Positions 11,792 through 23,449 of a DNA stretch of 64,000 nt are shown in pieces (the stretch's first letter is position 1; every line of letters begins with the position of its first letter). This DNA is from Gracilinanus agilis (taxonomy: Eukaryota): contig NC_058130.1 of NCBI RefSeq assembly GCF_016433145.1, positions 48,511,396 to 48,575,395 of the forward strand, in the 5' to 3' direction. Under the pieces are notes generated by a model. The model did no database searches. It had not been told where the DNA came from and saw nothing but the letters and a program-made list of their open reading frames with translations. Position numbers and translations under genes: made by a program.

Positions 11792-12530
11792 AAACAGGTT
11801 CTTAGATTCTCATATATTCTTTCTTGTCCTTTTTACATTGCAATTTTAATATTTGTTGATTACTTAATTCACAAAAAGGAAATTTTAAAAAAAGTCCTTT
11901 TTTTCTGTAACCTTTCTGTGGTTTTGGTCACTGCTGGCCACCTTCCTTTCTGTGTATTGTTTCTTTTCTTGGCCTCACTGACCCCTTATTCTCCTGATTC
12001 TCTTTATCTCTCTTAACTGATCCTTCTGTATCTCCTCACCTACTTCTCAATCCCTTTTAGCATGTGTGTGTTTGTAAGTGTGTGAGGTCTATCTCTGATT
12101 CTTCTGCTCTTCCAGCATCCTCTTTCCCTGGGCAATTAACTCCCACCCTTAGGCAGATGATTTCCAAATCTCTTTCAATTCCTGATCTCCATTTGGAGCT
12201 CCAGTACCAGAGTACTTTTGCTCCAGGAAAGCTGAGGGTCTCTCACTTTCATATCAACTTCTTAGCTAAGACCAGCATCCAGTAAAACTTGTGAAGTCAT
12301 TTTTTGAAGTTAAAATAATTAGCTTAGATTGTTGTATTGTAGGCATTCCAGATTGGGTTGGCTTCACAGCCTGGAAAGTTCAGTACTTGCTTACTTGTAT
12401 AAGTGGCTCCCTATTTACTTGAGGATAAAAAACAAAATCGTGGGATTGATATTTAAAGCCTTTTACAACCTTCTACCTTCGTATCATTGCAGTCTTAGCA
12501 AACAATCAATACTTCTCTTAGTACATTTAA

Positions 12531-12715
12531 AAAAAACCCTTACCTTCTGTCTTAGCATCAATACTGTGTATTGGTTCCAAGGCAGAAGAGCAGTAAGGGG
12601 TAGGCAATGGGTTGAGTGACTTGGTCAGGGTCACCCAGCCAGAAAGTGTGTGAGGCCAGATTTGAACCCAACACATCCCATCTCTAGGACTGGCTCTCAA
12701 TCTGATAAGCTACCT
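12531..12715 (-). mobile_element. SINE1_Mdo-type SINE
   Basis: cccttaccttctgtcttagcatcaatactgtgtattggttccaaggcagaagag... Confidence 0.9.
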
Positions 12716-12849
12716 TACTGTTTAAGCCCCTAAACCACTAAACTCCCTCTTAATGCATTCTTTGAAGGAAGGGTGGATGCACAACTCTTGTAGCTAAGAC
12801 GGTATCCTACTCTCAGTGGTTCATTCTTTTGGAACTACATAGTATTCTT

Positions 12850-13230
12850 CTTGGGTAAATATTTCTTGGAGAAGTAGTTTTTCCATGCTGGGTTGAGTAT
12901 TTGGGAGAAATGAAGATAAAGAAATTTAAAGAAACTTGGGAAGACTTGTTGGAATTGTTGAAAATCCAAATAAGCAGAACCAAGAGGTTGTACAATAACC
13001 ACAATCATTTAAAGGAAAACAATACAAAAGGACCTCAGAATTCAGGATAATGTGAGGGAATATCTTAACTCCAGAGAAGTGATAATGAAGCTTTGCTCCC
13101 ACATCTTCTTAACAAGATGGTAGATTATGGATATAGAAGAAGACATATGTTGCCAGGCATGGTTGATACATTGGCTTGCTTTGCTTAATTATACCTCTTT
13201 TTTAAAATAAGACACATCTCCTCTTTTTGG
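12850..13230 (+). mobile_element. Old L1 3' fragment
   Basis: gaaacttgggaagacttg...ataagcagaaccaagagg resembles the L1 ORF2 end/3'UTR at 14950-15020. Confidence 0.55.
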
Positions 13231-13585
13231 GGAGAGATTATTGGTGAGTGACAGAGAATCATAGAATAGCTGAGATTCCTAAAGCATGGGTCTAATCATG
13301 TCACTCTCCTTCTCAATAGACTCCAGAGGCTCCCTGTTACCTTAAGTAATGAAAAGAAACTCATCAGATCAATATTTAATGCCTGTTACAATCATCCTCC
13401 TATATGCCTTTGTAGCCTTACCATACGTTAGTTCTTCTTTTCATGTACTTTGCCCCAGTCGAAGTGGCCTTACTCATACATGATATACAATCTCTCATCT
13501 CTATGCATTTACACAAGCCATTATGTACTCTCTCCTTAACTTCATCTCTTATAATCTTCAGTTTCTTTTTAAAAACTGGGTTCCT

Positions 13586-15413
13586 CACAATTACAAAATA
13601 CTTTTCATACAAATAAAAGACCTAAATAATTAGAGAAATATTAGAATAAACTGTCATTATAATAAAAATGACAATTCTACTTAAATTAATTTACTTATAC
13701 AGTACTACATATATTACATGTAATATAATATATACTTATACAGTACTATACCAGTCAAAGAATTATTTTATGGAGCCAGAAAAATAGTAGCAAAATTAAT
13801 CTGTAAGAATAAAAGGTCAAGATTATCAAGGGAATCCATAAAAAAGAAGATGTTAAGAAAGGTGGCTTAGTAGTTCCAGATTTCAAAGTATGTTACAAAG
13901 TAGTAACCACCAAAATAATCTGATACTGAGTAAGAAATCGAGTAGTCCATCAGTGGAATAGCTTAGGCACACAATATACATAGTAGTAAATGACCATAGT
14001 AATGTAGTGTTTGATAAACCCAAAGATTCAGGCTTCTAGGGCATGGTCTTAACATTTGACACAAATTTCTGGGAAAACTGAAGCAGTTTGGTAGAAACTA
14101 GGCATACACCAACATCTTGTACCATATGCCAAGCCAAAATCAAAATGGATAAATTATTTAGATATAAAAAGTAACATCAAAAGTAAATTGGGGGATCATG
14201 CAAAAATGTAGCTGTCAGATCTATAGATAAAGGAAAAGTTTATGACCAAACAAGAAAAATCAAAATAGAAAATTTTAATTATATGAAATTAAAAAGCTTT
14301 TGCACAAACAAAATTAATGCACTCAAAGTTAGAAGAAAAACAAGGAATAGGGAAAAAAATTACAGCAAGTTTTTCTGATAAAGACTCTCTCAAATATATA
14401 AGGACTTGAGGCAAATTTTTAAAAACAAGAGCCATTCTCCATTTGATAAAAGGTCAAAGGATCTAAGTGGGCAGTTCTCAGAAAAAGAAATCAAAGCAAT
14501 CAATAGTCACATGAAAAAATACTTTACATTATTACTTAGAGAAATGCACATTAAAACAACTTTGAGATGCCAGCTCACCTATCAGATTGGTTAACATGAC
14601 AGAAAAGGTAAATGACAAATTCTGGAGGGTTTGTGAAGAAATTTGTTCACTAATATGCTATTGGTGGAGTTGTAAACTAGTCCAGTCATCCTGGGGAACA
14701 ATTTGGAACTATACTCAAAGGGCTCCAAAATGTGTATACCCTTTGGTCCCCTAATACCCTTACTAGGACTTTATCTCAAGAAAAGGGAAAAGGACCTTGT
14801 ATAAAAGTATTTATAACAACTCTTTTTTTGGTGGCAAAGAATTGGAAATTGAGGGGATGCCCATCAATTGGAGAATGGTTGAACAAGTTGTAGTATATGA
14901 TTTTGATGGAATATTTATTGTGCGCTAGGGAATGACAAGCAGGTTGGCTTCAGAAAAACTTGGAAAGAATTATGTGAACTCATGAAAAATGAAATGAGCA
15001 GAACCAAGAGATTCTTGTACACAGTAACAGCAATATTGTAAAGATGACTGACTGAGTAATTTAGCTATTCTGATCAAGACAATTCAAAACGATGAAAAGA
15101 GTTCATGATGAAAAATGTTATTTACTTCCAGAGAGATAATTTATGAATTGAATGCTGATGGAAGCACACTTTAAAAAACTTTCCTTATTTTTATTATTTT
15201 ATTTTGCTTGTGTTTTCTTTTGTAACATGCCGGTATGGAAATGTGTTTTGCATGACTTTGCATGTATAATTAAAATCAAAGGGCTTGCTTTCACAAGGAG
15301 GGGGAGGGAAAGTAGGGTGAGAGGGAATTTAGAACTCAAAAGTTTATAAATGCTTGTTAAATTTTTTACATGTAAATGGGAAATATCTAATGAAATAAAT
15401 AAAAAATAATTGA
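13586..15413 (+). mobile_element. 5'-truncated L1 (ORF2 C-terminal part + 3'UTR) with 15-bp TSD
   Basis: Degenerate ORF2 (e.g. PFDKRSKDLSGQFSEKEIKAINSHMKK..REMHIKTTLR at 14406-14594); A-rich tail; TSD aaaaactgggttcct at 13571-13585 and 15414-15428. Confidence 0.92.
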
Positions 15414-15555
15414 AAAAACTGGGTTCCTTCAGGAACTCTGATCCTTTGACTCCAAATCCTGTATCATTTCCCAATAACCCATGTTACCTCAACTAACATG
15501 CTTGATGGTTCATCAAGGCATGGAGATGCAGATCTCTTTCTTCTACAACTGAAAA

Positions 15556-15780
15556 GGGCAGTAGCTAGATGGTGCAATGGATAGGGCACTGGACCCAGAT
15601 ATAGGATAGATCTGAGTTCAAATCTACCCTCAGACATTTACTAAGTGATCTTAGGAAAGTCCTCATTTGTAAAATAGGGATAATAATAGCCCCTGCCTCT
15701 CAGGGTTATTATGAGGAGATGAGATACTATTTGTAAAGTACTTTGTAAACCTTAAAGCACTATATAAATCTTAGCTCTTT
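15556..15780 (+). mobile_element. MIR/CORE-SINE
   Basis: gggcagtagctagatggtgcaatggatagggcactgg..ctgagttcaaatc..cctcatttgtaaaatagggataataatag. Confidence 0.85.
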
Positions 15781-15791
15781 TTTATTAGTAC

Positions 15792-16760
15792 CAGTAATTA
15801 CAAACATTTTTTTTTACAACCCTTTCCTTCCATCTTAGAATGAATACTTTTTGTTGATTCTGAGGTAGAAGAACAGTAAGGGCTAGGCAATGGAGGTTAA
15901 ATGACTTGCCCAGGATCACGCAGATAGGAAGTGTCTGAAGCCAGATTTGAACCCAGAACCTCCCATTTCTAGGCCACCGCTGAGCCATCTAGTTGTCCTC
16001 CACTTCAAACATTTTTGATCACACTATTGGTAAAAATCTTTTGAGCATATCTTCTCAAAATATAACATATTTACTTATTTGTAAATTAGATAATATACTA
16101 TTGTATTAATAATTATGAACATTATTAACCTTTCATAAAATAGAGATTAAAAAGGATGAGAGAAAACATTTTCAAAATTATTAATAAAAAACCTGTTTGC
16201 TTTCCTTAAAATACCATTGTAACAAATTATAATATATTTAAACAGTGAAGCCAATTCAGTCACACTGCTATCACTAAAATATCATTATTAATAATGATCG
16301 TGAGAGCAATGTGATTGAAAAGGCATCATTATTTTTAAAAATCTAAACTTAATATTTGGTGAGATGGTAATTTGAAGGTCTGGTTCTAAGTTTAGTTTAT
16401 TTCAAGAGTTGGTTTTAAAGGCTGTCACAGCTGTATGAGACATTTCAGAAAGATATATAGATTCAAATGGAAGTAGTGCATAATTGGCTGTCCTTACTAA
16501 ATGATACTTGATTTTTAATTCCATCCTCCAATTAGGCAAAGGTTTCTGTTGACATCTGGTTAGTAACTGTCAATCAATTACTCTCGCAAACAAATTGGAA
16601 GGTGTCACATTTTAATATCTTAACAAATGCTTTTGAAACCAAACAAAACATTTGAGATATTTTAAAAATAGGTTCTAAAGTTCTGTTCTGAAGTTGTGAG
16701 CAAATATGATAATTTTTCTAGGTGCCACACCTAAATTGTTTTTAGCAGCTCACAGAAAAG
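15792..16760 (-). mobile_element. Ancient hAT-Charlie DNA transposon 3' part (dimerisation domain)
   Basis: Minus-strand translation KPLPNWRMELKIKYHLVRTANYALLPFESIYLSEM..FKTNS*NKLNLEPDLQITISPNIK..QSHCSH; degenerate 3' TIR at 15792; split by a SINE. Confidence 0.75.
15812..16005 (-). mobile_element. SINE1_Mdo-type SINE nested in the hAT 3' end, 11-bp TSD
   Basis: TSD caaacattttt at 15801-15811 and 16006-16016. Confidence 0.88.
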
Positions 16761-18367
16761 TGAATAGATAGGAGGAGAGGGTGATCTGCAATGTCAAAAG
16801 GGAACTAATAAATCAATTTATCTTTTTAAACTTTCATCTGAAAGAGATTCTGAGTGTACATCAGGTTGGATGGTATGGTTCTTGGAGTAGGAGTACATGG
16901 CTACTATGGGATAGAAGCTCATGGATAGCTTAAGTCTAATTGACCCAAGAGGAGAATTTTTGGACTCCAGAGATTATCTCCTCTGTATTATTTAATCCAG
17001 AAGTCAGTAGTTCCTGGGATCAATTTCTGTGCCCATGTGCTTGCCCTTGTGGTTGGAGAGAGGAATTCATACAAAATTATAACCTACATTCTGATGAGGC
17101 CAGTGGTTATAGTCAATCTGAAAGGCATTCCGAGGGAATAATTATTAGAATCTAATGACAAGATTGAATTGAAAGACTGAGGAAAAAGTCAATGAGAGTT
17201 TATAGCCTGGGTGAGTAGTGGAATTAACACGGACAAAAATGAGAAAACAATTAGAATCCTTGGGGTAGATGTTTTTGTGGCCTGGCATTAGGAATATTCA
17301 TTTGTGACCCAAAGAGATTCATAATTTAAAATTTAATTACAAAGTTAGTTAAGCTAAACAGGTCAATAGTGAATGGTAGTTTGCCAGTTGTTAGCTATAT
17401 AAATATCACCAGGAATCTGTGGTTCCAGATCCTGGTAGGTCATAGGTTTTATGAGCTTGAATGGATTCAGGATGATTTAGTTTACACTTGTACACAAAAA
17501 TCTACACCCTCCCCCGAAATTCAGTGAAATATGACTGAAGAAATCCCTGTTATTGTTTATAGGCTGGTGTGAATGTGGAACATGACGAATGAGAGTAATA
17601 GTGAGTAACCGATATTAGATCATGATGACAAGGAAATTCATCGTTGAGAACTTTCCTATAAAGAACGGATAGTGCCATCAATCCATTCTCTGAGTCTGAA
17701 AGTTACTTTTTGAGAAATTATCCTTTCCACATCTACTTTGCCTTTTCATGGTACTCCGGTTTGATTTAATACCTCTCTCTCTCCGGCTGCTTTTGTACCA
17801 AATGCCTTTCGCTTTTCTAATGTCATGCTGCTCACTGATGATCATTAATTCAGCAGCGCCAGAGCCCATTGTGAATTTTATTAGGCATCATGACAGATAC
17901 GTATTTGTTTATTTTCCTGTTGAGCATTTGTTCATTAAATGTAGGGTAAACTACATATCGGATCTTGGTTTGGTGCCATCAGATAGCGCAGAGAATAACT
18001 GTGAGGCTTGTTGCATTCACAGTGGAGCTCCCTTTTCACATGCATTTGTAGGACCCTGGGTTGGAGCTTGATCATAGCAATAGTCATGAGAAACTTCTAA
18101 TCAAGCATAAGGGTACAAGAAGATCGCCTCAATTTAGGTGGGTGTTAATGTTGTACCATATTAAATGGTATTTATCCCAGTCTTCTACCTATTTGTGGCA
18201 CCAAATAACATTTTGTAGGAGGGCATAATCGACTCCTAATGACTTCCTTAGTGATTAGGACTATTTCCCAAAAAATATTCTTTTAAAGCTTCATTATGGA
18301 CACGAATTTGTATAACTTCTTTACCAATGTTTTTGTTTACTTTGACTTTTATATGGATTATAAATAC

Positions 18368-18368
<1 letters not shown>

Positions 18369-18400
<32 letters not shown>
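18369..18400. repeat. (TG)n microsatellite at the tail of an RTE-related SINE
   Basis: TG run. Confidence 0.9.
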
Positions 18401-18404
<4 letters not shown>

Positions 18405-18930
18405 GTTGTTGTCCTTCATACTTGAAGAGGACCAAAAATGACATTACTGGTGATGTCTTTTGGCTCACACGCAAATTGGATTTAAGTGAGGTGGAGTTGT
18501 GCAAAATCATTGGCCTCCCTTTCTCTTTCAGAATCATCAAAATCCAGTGACAAGACAAAAGCCAAGAGGACTGGTGATGGCTTGGGATGCAGCGGATGGC
18601 CTTGGCTTCTTCAATGTCTAACCAAGCTCTAAGCACTGAACAGTGTCTGCTTCAGCTACCTTCCTGACTGTTGGAACAAATTGTTCTCATCCACCTCTTT
18701 CCTCCAAGAGAAGTATTCACATGGTTGGAGTAGACACCCCTCTAACTCACCAAATCACGTGATGGCTTTCAGTTATTCTCAACCTGAGCATGTAAGGGGT
18801 GTTTAAGGAAAACTAGTTCTTCTGGTGTGAGGACTTGCTTTGGCCTTTTCAGAACTTCTCATCTTCCTTTGGTGTCTGCCTGGTTCTCAACCCTCATCAA
18901 TAGCTCCAAGAAGCTGTGCCATGTGTAACT
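18401..18930 (-). mobile_element. RTE-related marsupial SINE (WALLSI/RTESINE-like)
   Basis: ttgttgtccttcatacttgaagaggacc...ttggaacaaattgttctcatcc...gtagacacccctctaactcacc; opposite-orientation relative at 47830-48365. Confidence 0.75.
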
Positions 18931-19016
18931 GGTAAATTGTCTTAGCAAGTATCTATACATATATAGATACATACATGCGCATATACTTTACATATGGGTG
19001 TGTGTGTATATATATG

Positions 19017-19049
<33 letters not shown>

Positions 19050-19349
19050 CCTTCAAAAACTTAAAGGACTTTCACATAGATGATCTGATTTTTGCTCACA
19101 ATTCTTCCCCAGATTATGGTGGTTATATCACTATTTTATAGAAGAGGAATCTGGCTTCCAGATGAGTTAAGTGATTTGTTCAAGGTCAATCATCTAAATT
19201 AGAAGAAGATCTAGGAATAGAAGTGTCCTTCCTCCTCACCTACCTCCTGGAATCTAAAGAAAGTGCTCTTTCTGGTGAGGCTTGACCCTGTATCTTGCAG
19301 GAATTCCACCCTGCCATTTTCCATGTTACAGGAGAACACCACAAATTTT

Positions 19350-19970
19350 TAAAAATTTTTATTCAAGTATTTTTCCATGATTACATGATTCATGCACTTT
19401 CCTTCCTTTCCCCCCTCTCCTCCCAGAGCCCACAAGTAATTTCATTGTATTATACATGCATTATCACTCAAGACCTATTTCCATATTAATAATTTTTGCA
19501 ATAATCTTTTAAAAACCAAAACCCTATATCCAATACCCACATAAAGAAATGAAAAAATCAAATGTTGTCCTTCTGCATTTCGATTCCTGCAGTTTTTTCT
19601 CTTGATGTGAATAGCATTCCTTCTCATATGCCCCTTGGGATTGTCTGGCATCATTGCATTGCTATCAGTAGCAAAGTTGATTACATTTGATCGTCCCACA
19701 ATGTTTCAGTCTCTGTGTACAACATTCTCCTGGTTCTGCTCATTTTGCTCTGCATCAGTTCGTGGAGGTCTTTCCAGCTCGTATGGAAATCAAGTAGTTT
19801 ATTGTTCCTTATAACACAATAGCATTCCATTACCATCATATAACACAATTTGTTCAATCATTCCCCAATTGAGGGTCACTCCCTCATTTTCCAATTTTTT
19901 GCTACCACAAAGAGCATGACTATGATTATTTTTGTACAGGTATTTTCCCCTATTATCTCTTTGGGTTACA
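19350..19970 (-). mobile_element. L1 3' end (opossum-type 3'UTR + ORF2 end)
   Basis: tatttttccatgattacatgattcatg...cattccccaattgagggtcac; TSD-like aacaccac/aaattttt flanks. Confidence 0.88.
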
Positions 19971-20169
19971 AACACCACTCTACAAATTTTTGATTGAGAT
20001 GTTTACTCTACTATGTAAAGAAGGGCATCTTTCACATTTTAAGAAGGAAACCCACATTTTGGAATATAGTAAATGATGAGAAGAATCACATTACTGTTAT
20101 AGGTCAGGGTTTCATAAAAGAACAGATTTAGATTTGACCTTAGAAGGCACCTACTCATAGAATGATAAA

Positions 20170-20365
20170 ATTCTAGAGATGAGATGGAATGAATGTCAGA
20201 TGATTGGAAAGAAGTTGTTCAGCAGATGGATCAAGAAGAACATAATAATCTTTGAAAGACTAGGGTATGGAAGACGTATTATATTTAGTACATCTGGCCT
20301 CAGAAGACAAATAGGAGCAAGTGGAAGAAAATGCCAAAGAAGCAACACAGCCTTCATGTAAGAAT
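20170..20365 (+). mobile_element. RTE LINE ORF C-terminal fragment
   Basis: Translation MSDDWKEVV...IWPQKTNRSKWKKM resembles the RTE C-terminal RMxDDR...W..LAxDRSKW pattern. Confidence 0.4.
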
Positions 20366-20729
20366 AAATTTCCTAAGAATTAGAGCAGTATAAAAATGGA
20401 ATGCGGATGTAGGAGATTTTTCCCTATAAGGTGGGGGTCTTCAAATAAAAATCTGGATAACCACTTTTTGGGTGTGCTATGGAGGTTGTTTTTTTAATAT
20501 ATAAAATGGGCATAATAGTACATTCCAAATCTTAAAACACTACAACAACAAAATGTGAAGTTATTATCTGTATTCCCTGCCTCAAAGCCCATTGATTTGG
20601 GACTTTCTCTTTATTTGTGGTTAGCACCACATCAATGTCCACAGAGTCTTGATATTTGTTTGCCATTCTACTAATATTGTTTTGTGGAGCCAGGTCATTT
20701 AGCTCCCATGGTTGAAGCATGCTACAATG

Positions 20730-21060
20730 ATTTCTTTTTTTAAAATTTAATTAATTTATTTAGAATATTTTTCCATGGCTCCATAATTCATGTTCTTCCT
20801 TTCCCCTCTCCCCTCCCCAGTCCCTGAGCTGACAAGCAATTCCACTGGGTTATACATGAATCATTGTTTAAATCCTATTTCCATATTATTAGTATTTGCA
20901 ATAGAATGATCATTTAAAGTCAAAATCCCCAATCTTATACCCATTGGACCATGTGATCAATCATATTTTTTTTTCTGTGTTTCTGCTCCCACAGTTCTTT
21001 CTCTGGATGTGGATAGCACTCTTTATCATAAGTGCCTCAGGATTGTCCTGGATCATTGCA
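20730..21060 (-). mobile_element. L1 3' end with 9-bp TSD
   Basis: Same family as 19350-19970; TSD gctacaatg at 20721-20729 and 21061-21069. Confidence 0.88.
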
Positions 21061-22149
21061 GCTACAATGTCTTTTTGAGAGGCCTTTCTGCTCTTCTCCA
21101 AAGTATTTCTCTCATTTAAAGGCCATGATTATTATTATTAGTGTTATTATTTCAGTCATACCAAAAATAAAAGTAAAGGTTCCCTACTAAGATTAACAAC
21201 TTTCAGATAACCTTGGCACAATATGTACATACTTAAGTGTGGGGTTTTTATTGTTGCTATTATTTAAATTTTTTCTTGAAAACAAAATAAAATTTAGTCA
21301 AATTAACCTTTTTAATGGAAATTCTATGAAATTTTGGTGGATTGTTCAAAGAGAAAAAAATATATAAAAACAAACTGCATCTTAAACTTCTGAAATACAG
21401 TGTTAAAACTGACTACATTTGAAATGATGAAATCCTGATGTCCCCATGATAATCACATTTGCCCGTTCTGTTTTTAGTGTTTGGTTTTAGCATCTCATAA
21501 CAATGAAAAGCTTCGCATTCCAGATGATTGTGCTAAAGAATTTTATGATTCTGCCTGTCAAGGTGATGGAAGTGATTATGCAAGAGACCTGTGACTGAGG
21601 ATTATTGAAATCAGGTTGAGATCAGTTGCTATTTAGCTTGAAAATGTAATTACTGTAAGTTCTGATAGAGATAGTCTTGCTGTTCACCCAGAATTGAATT
21701 TGCCTATTCTGGGACACAGTGGTATCCCATCAGTCTAGGAATTCAAGGAAGGCAGTCAGTTGCCTTCCATTGAATGTGTCAACATTTTTTTTTTGCCTAA
21801 CCTTCTGTCTTATTTAATGTAGAAGTATCCTTGAAGGTAGCGCCAGCTATTCTACATACTTTAGAACAGAGGTGAGTATAGAGTTTGCCAGGCCCTCTGT
21901 TGTTTACAGCAGGACTTCCTAACCAGGGGACCATGATGTTCCTTCTTCTAATTTTGAGAACTATAGAGATTTCCTCTGGAATCACTTGTATTTTGAAGAG
22001 GAGCTGATAGACTTCACCAGACTTCCAAAGTAGGAGCACATGACATAGAAAAGTATAAGAACCATATATTTAAAATTATCTTACCTGTTCATTCCATCTT
22101 AGGTCAATGTCTGATATGAATGACAGTCTCTAGGACAATAAGGAAATAA

Positions 22150-22470
22150 ATCAATTATTATTCAATGCCTACTAGAGGCTAGGCACTGTGTAGGGTGTCA
22201 GGGATAAAAAGACAGAAAAGAGTTTTTACCCTTGAGGAGTTTACACATCTATCTAAGGAAATAGAAGTTTATGTAAGTAAAAACCAAACATATGCAAAAT
22301 AAATATATTAGAATTTAGCTTAGTGCCTGACAGAGGAAACAAGCTTAAGATATGCCTGTGGACTGACCGACAAAGTAATTTTGAAGGGGAGATATTAATA
22401 ACTGGGTGATAAGAAAGACTTCTTATAAGAGGTGGTGTTTGAACTGAGCTCTGATGGAAGCCAGGGTCAA
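22150..22470 (-). mobile_element. L2 fragment
   Basis: ttcaatgcctactagaggctaggcactgtg...aagacttcttataagaggtggtgtttgaactgagc. Confidence 0.7.
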
Positions 22471-22471
22471 G

Positions 22472-22720
22472 TAAGTGGCAAATTGGATAAATAGAACACC
22501 ACATCTGGAGTCAGGAAGATTGAATTCAATTCTAGCCCCAGACACTTACTCTGTGGTCCTGGGCAAGTCACTTAACCACATTTGCCTCAGTTTTCTTATT
22601 TGTCAAATGAGCTGGAGAAGTAAATGGCAAATCATTTCAGTATCTTTGCCAAGAAAAACTCAAAAGGGGTCCCAAAGAGTTGGACATGATAATTGAAACA
22701 ACTGAATAACAACAAAGGGA
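22472..22720 (+). mobile_element. MAR1 CORE-SINE
   Basis: ctggagtcaggaagattg..gtcctgggcaagtcacttaacc..ggagaagtaaatggcaaatcatttcagtatctttgccaagaaaac..caactgaataacaacaa. Confidence 0.88.
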
Positions 22721-22729
22721 TAACAAGAA

Positions 22730-22965
22730 CAACAGTTAGCACTTATAGATGGTGTTTTAGGATTTGCAAAACATTTTACAAATATGATCTCATTTGACCC
22801 CCACAACAACCCTGGGAGGAAGGTACTGTTATTATCTCCATTTTTCAGAGGAGGAATTTGAGACAGACAGGTTAAGTGAGTTGCCCAGGGTCACACAATC
22901 AATAAGTGTCATCTAAGGCCAGATTTGAATTGAAGACTTCCTGATTCCAAACTTAGTACTCTAGA
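22730..22965 (-). mobile_element. MIR/CORE-SINE
   Basis: tctcatttgacccccacaacaaccctgggagg..ggttaagtgagttgcccagggtcacac. Confidence 0.85.
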
Positions 22966-23449
22966 AATATATTCCAGACATGGATGACAGGTGAATTCTT
23001 TCTCTTTCCTGCTTTTCTTCCCACTCACCCCTTTTGCTGACTAATTAACTATTTACTAATTAACTAATGAACAGAATGCAGTCTTGATCCCAGAAAAGAG
23101 AAACGACATTTATAACACCTCCATTTTTCCCCATCAGGAATACAATGACTTCTTGCCCTGCTTTGGATGCTGATGAAATTCTATTTCCAGCCTGAGTATG
23201 TGATTTATCTCTCTGGTGTAGAATATCTCCAGGGAGGAGGCAGGGGAGAGGGAAAGTGGTATGTGTCTTCCTTATTCTTGAGATGAGTGAAAGAAAGAGC
23301 TTGGAAAAACTAGTTCCTGAGGATTTGGGATTTAACACAATCAAGCTAAAGGCAATAGGATGCCATAGGCACCAAGTGCACTGGCAATGGGCCCTTTGGG
23401 TCAGTCTACTGTCCTCTAAGAGGCCCATTATAAGACCACACTGGGTTGT

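Noticed and set aside
21423-21598. ATGATGA ... CTGA resembling C/D snoRNA boxes
   Set aside because: No terminal stem, atypical length and no recognisable antisense element.
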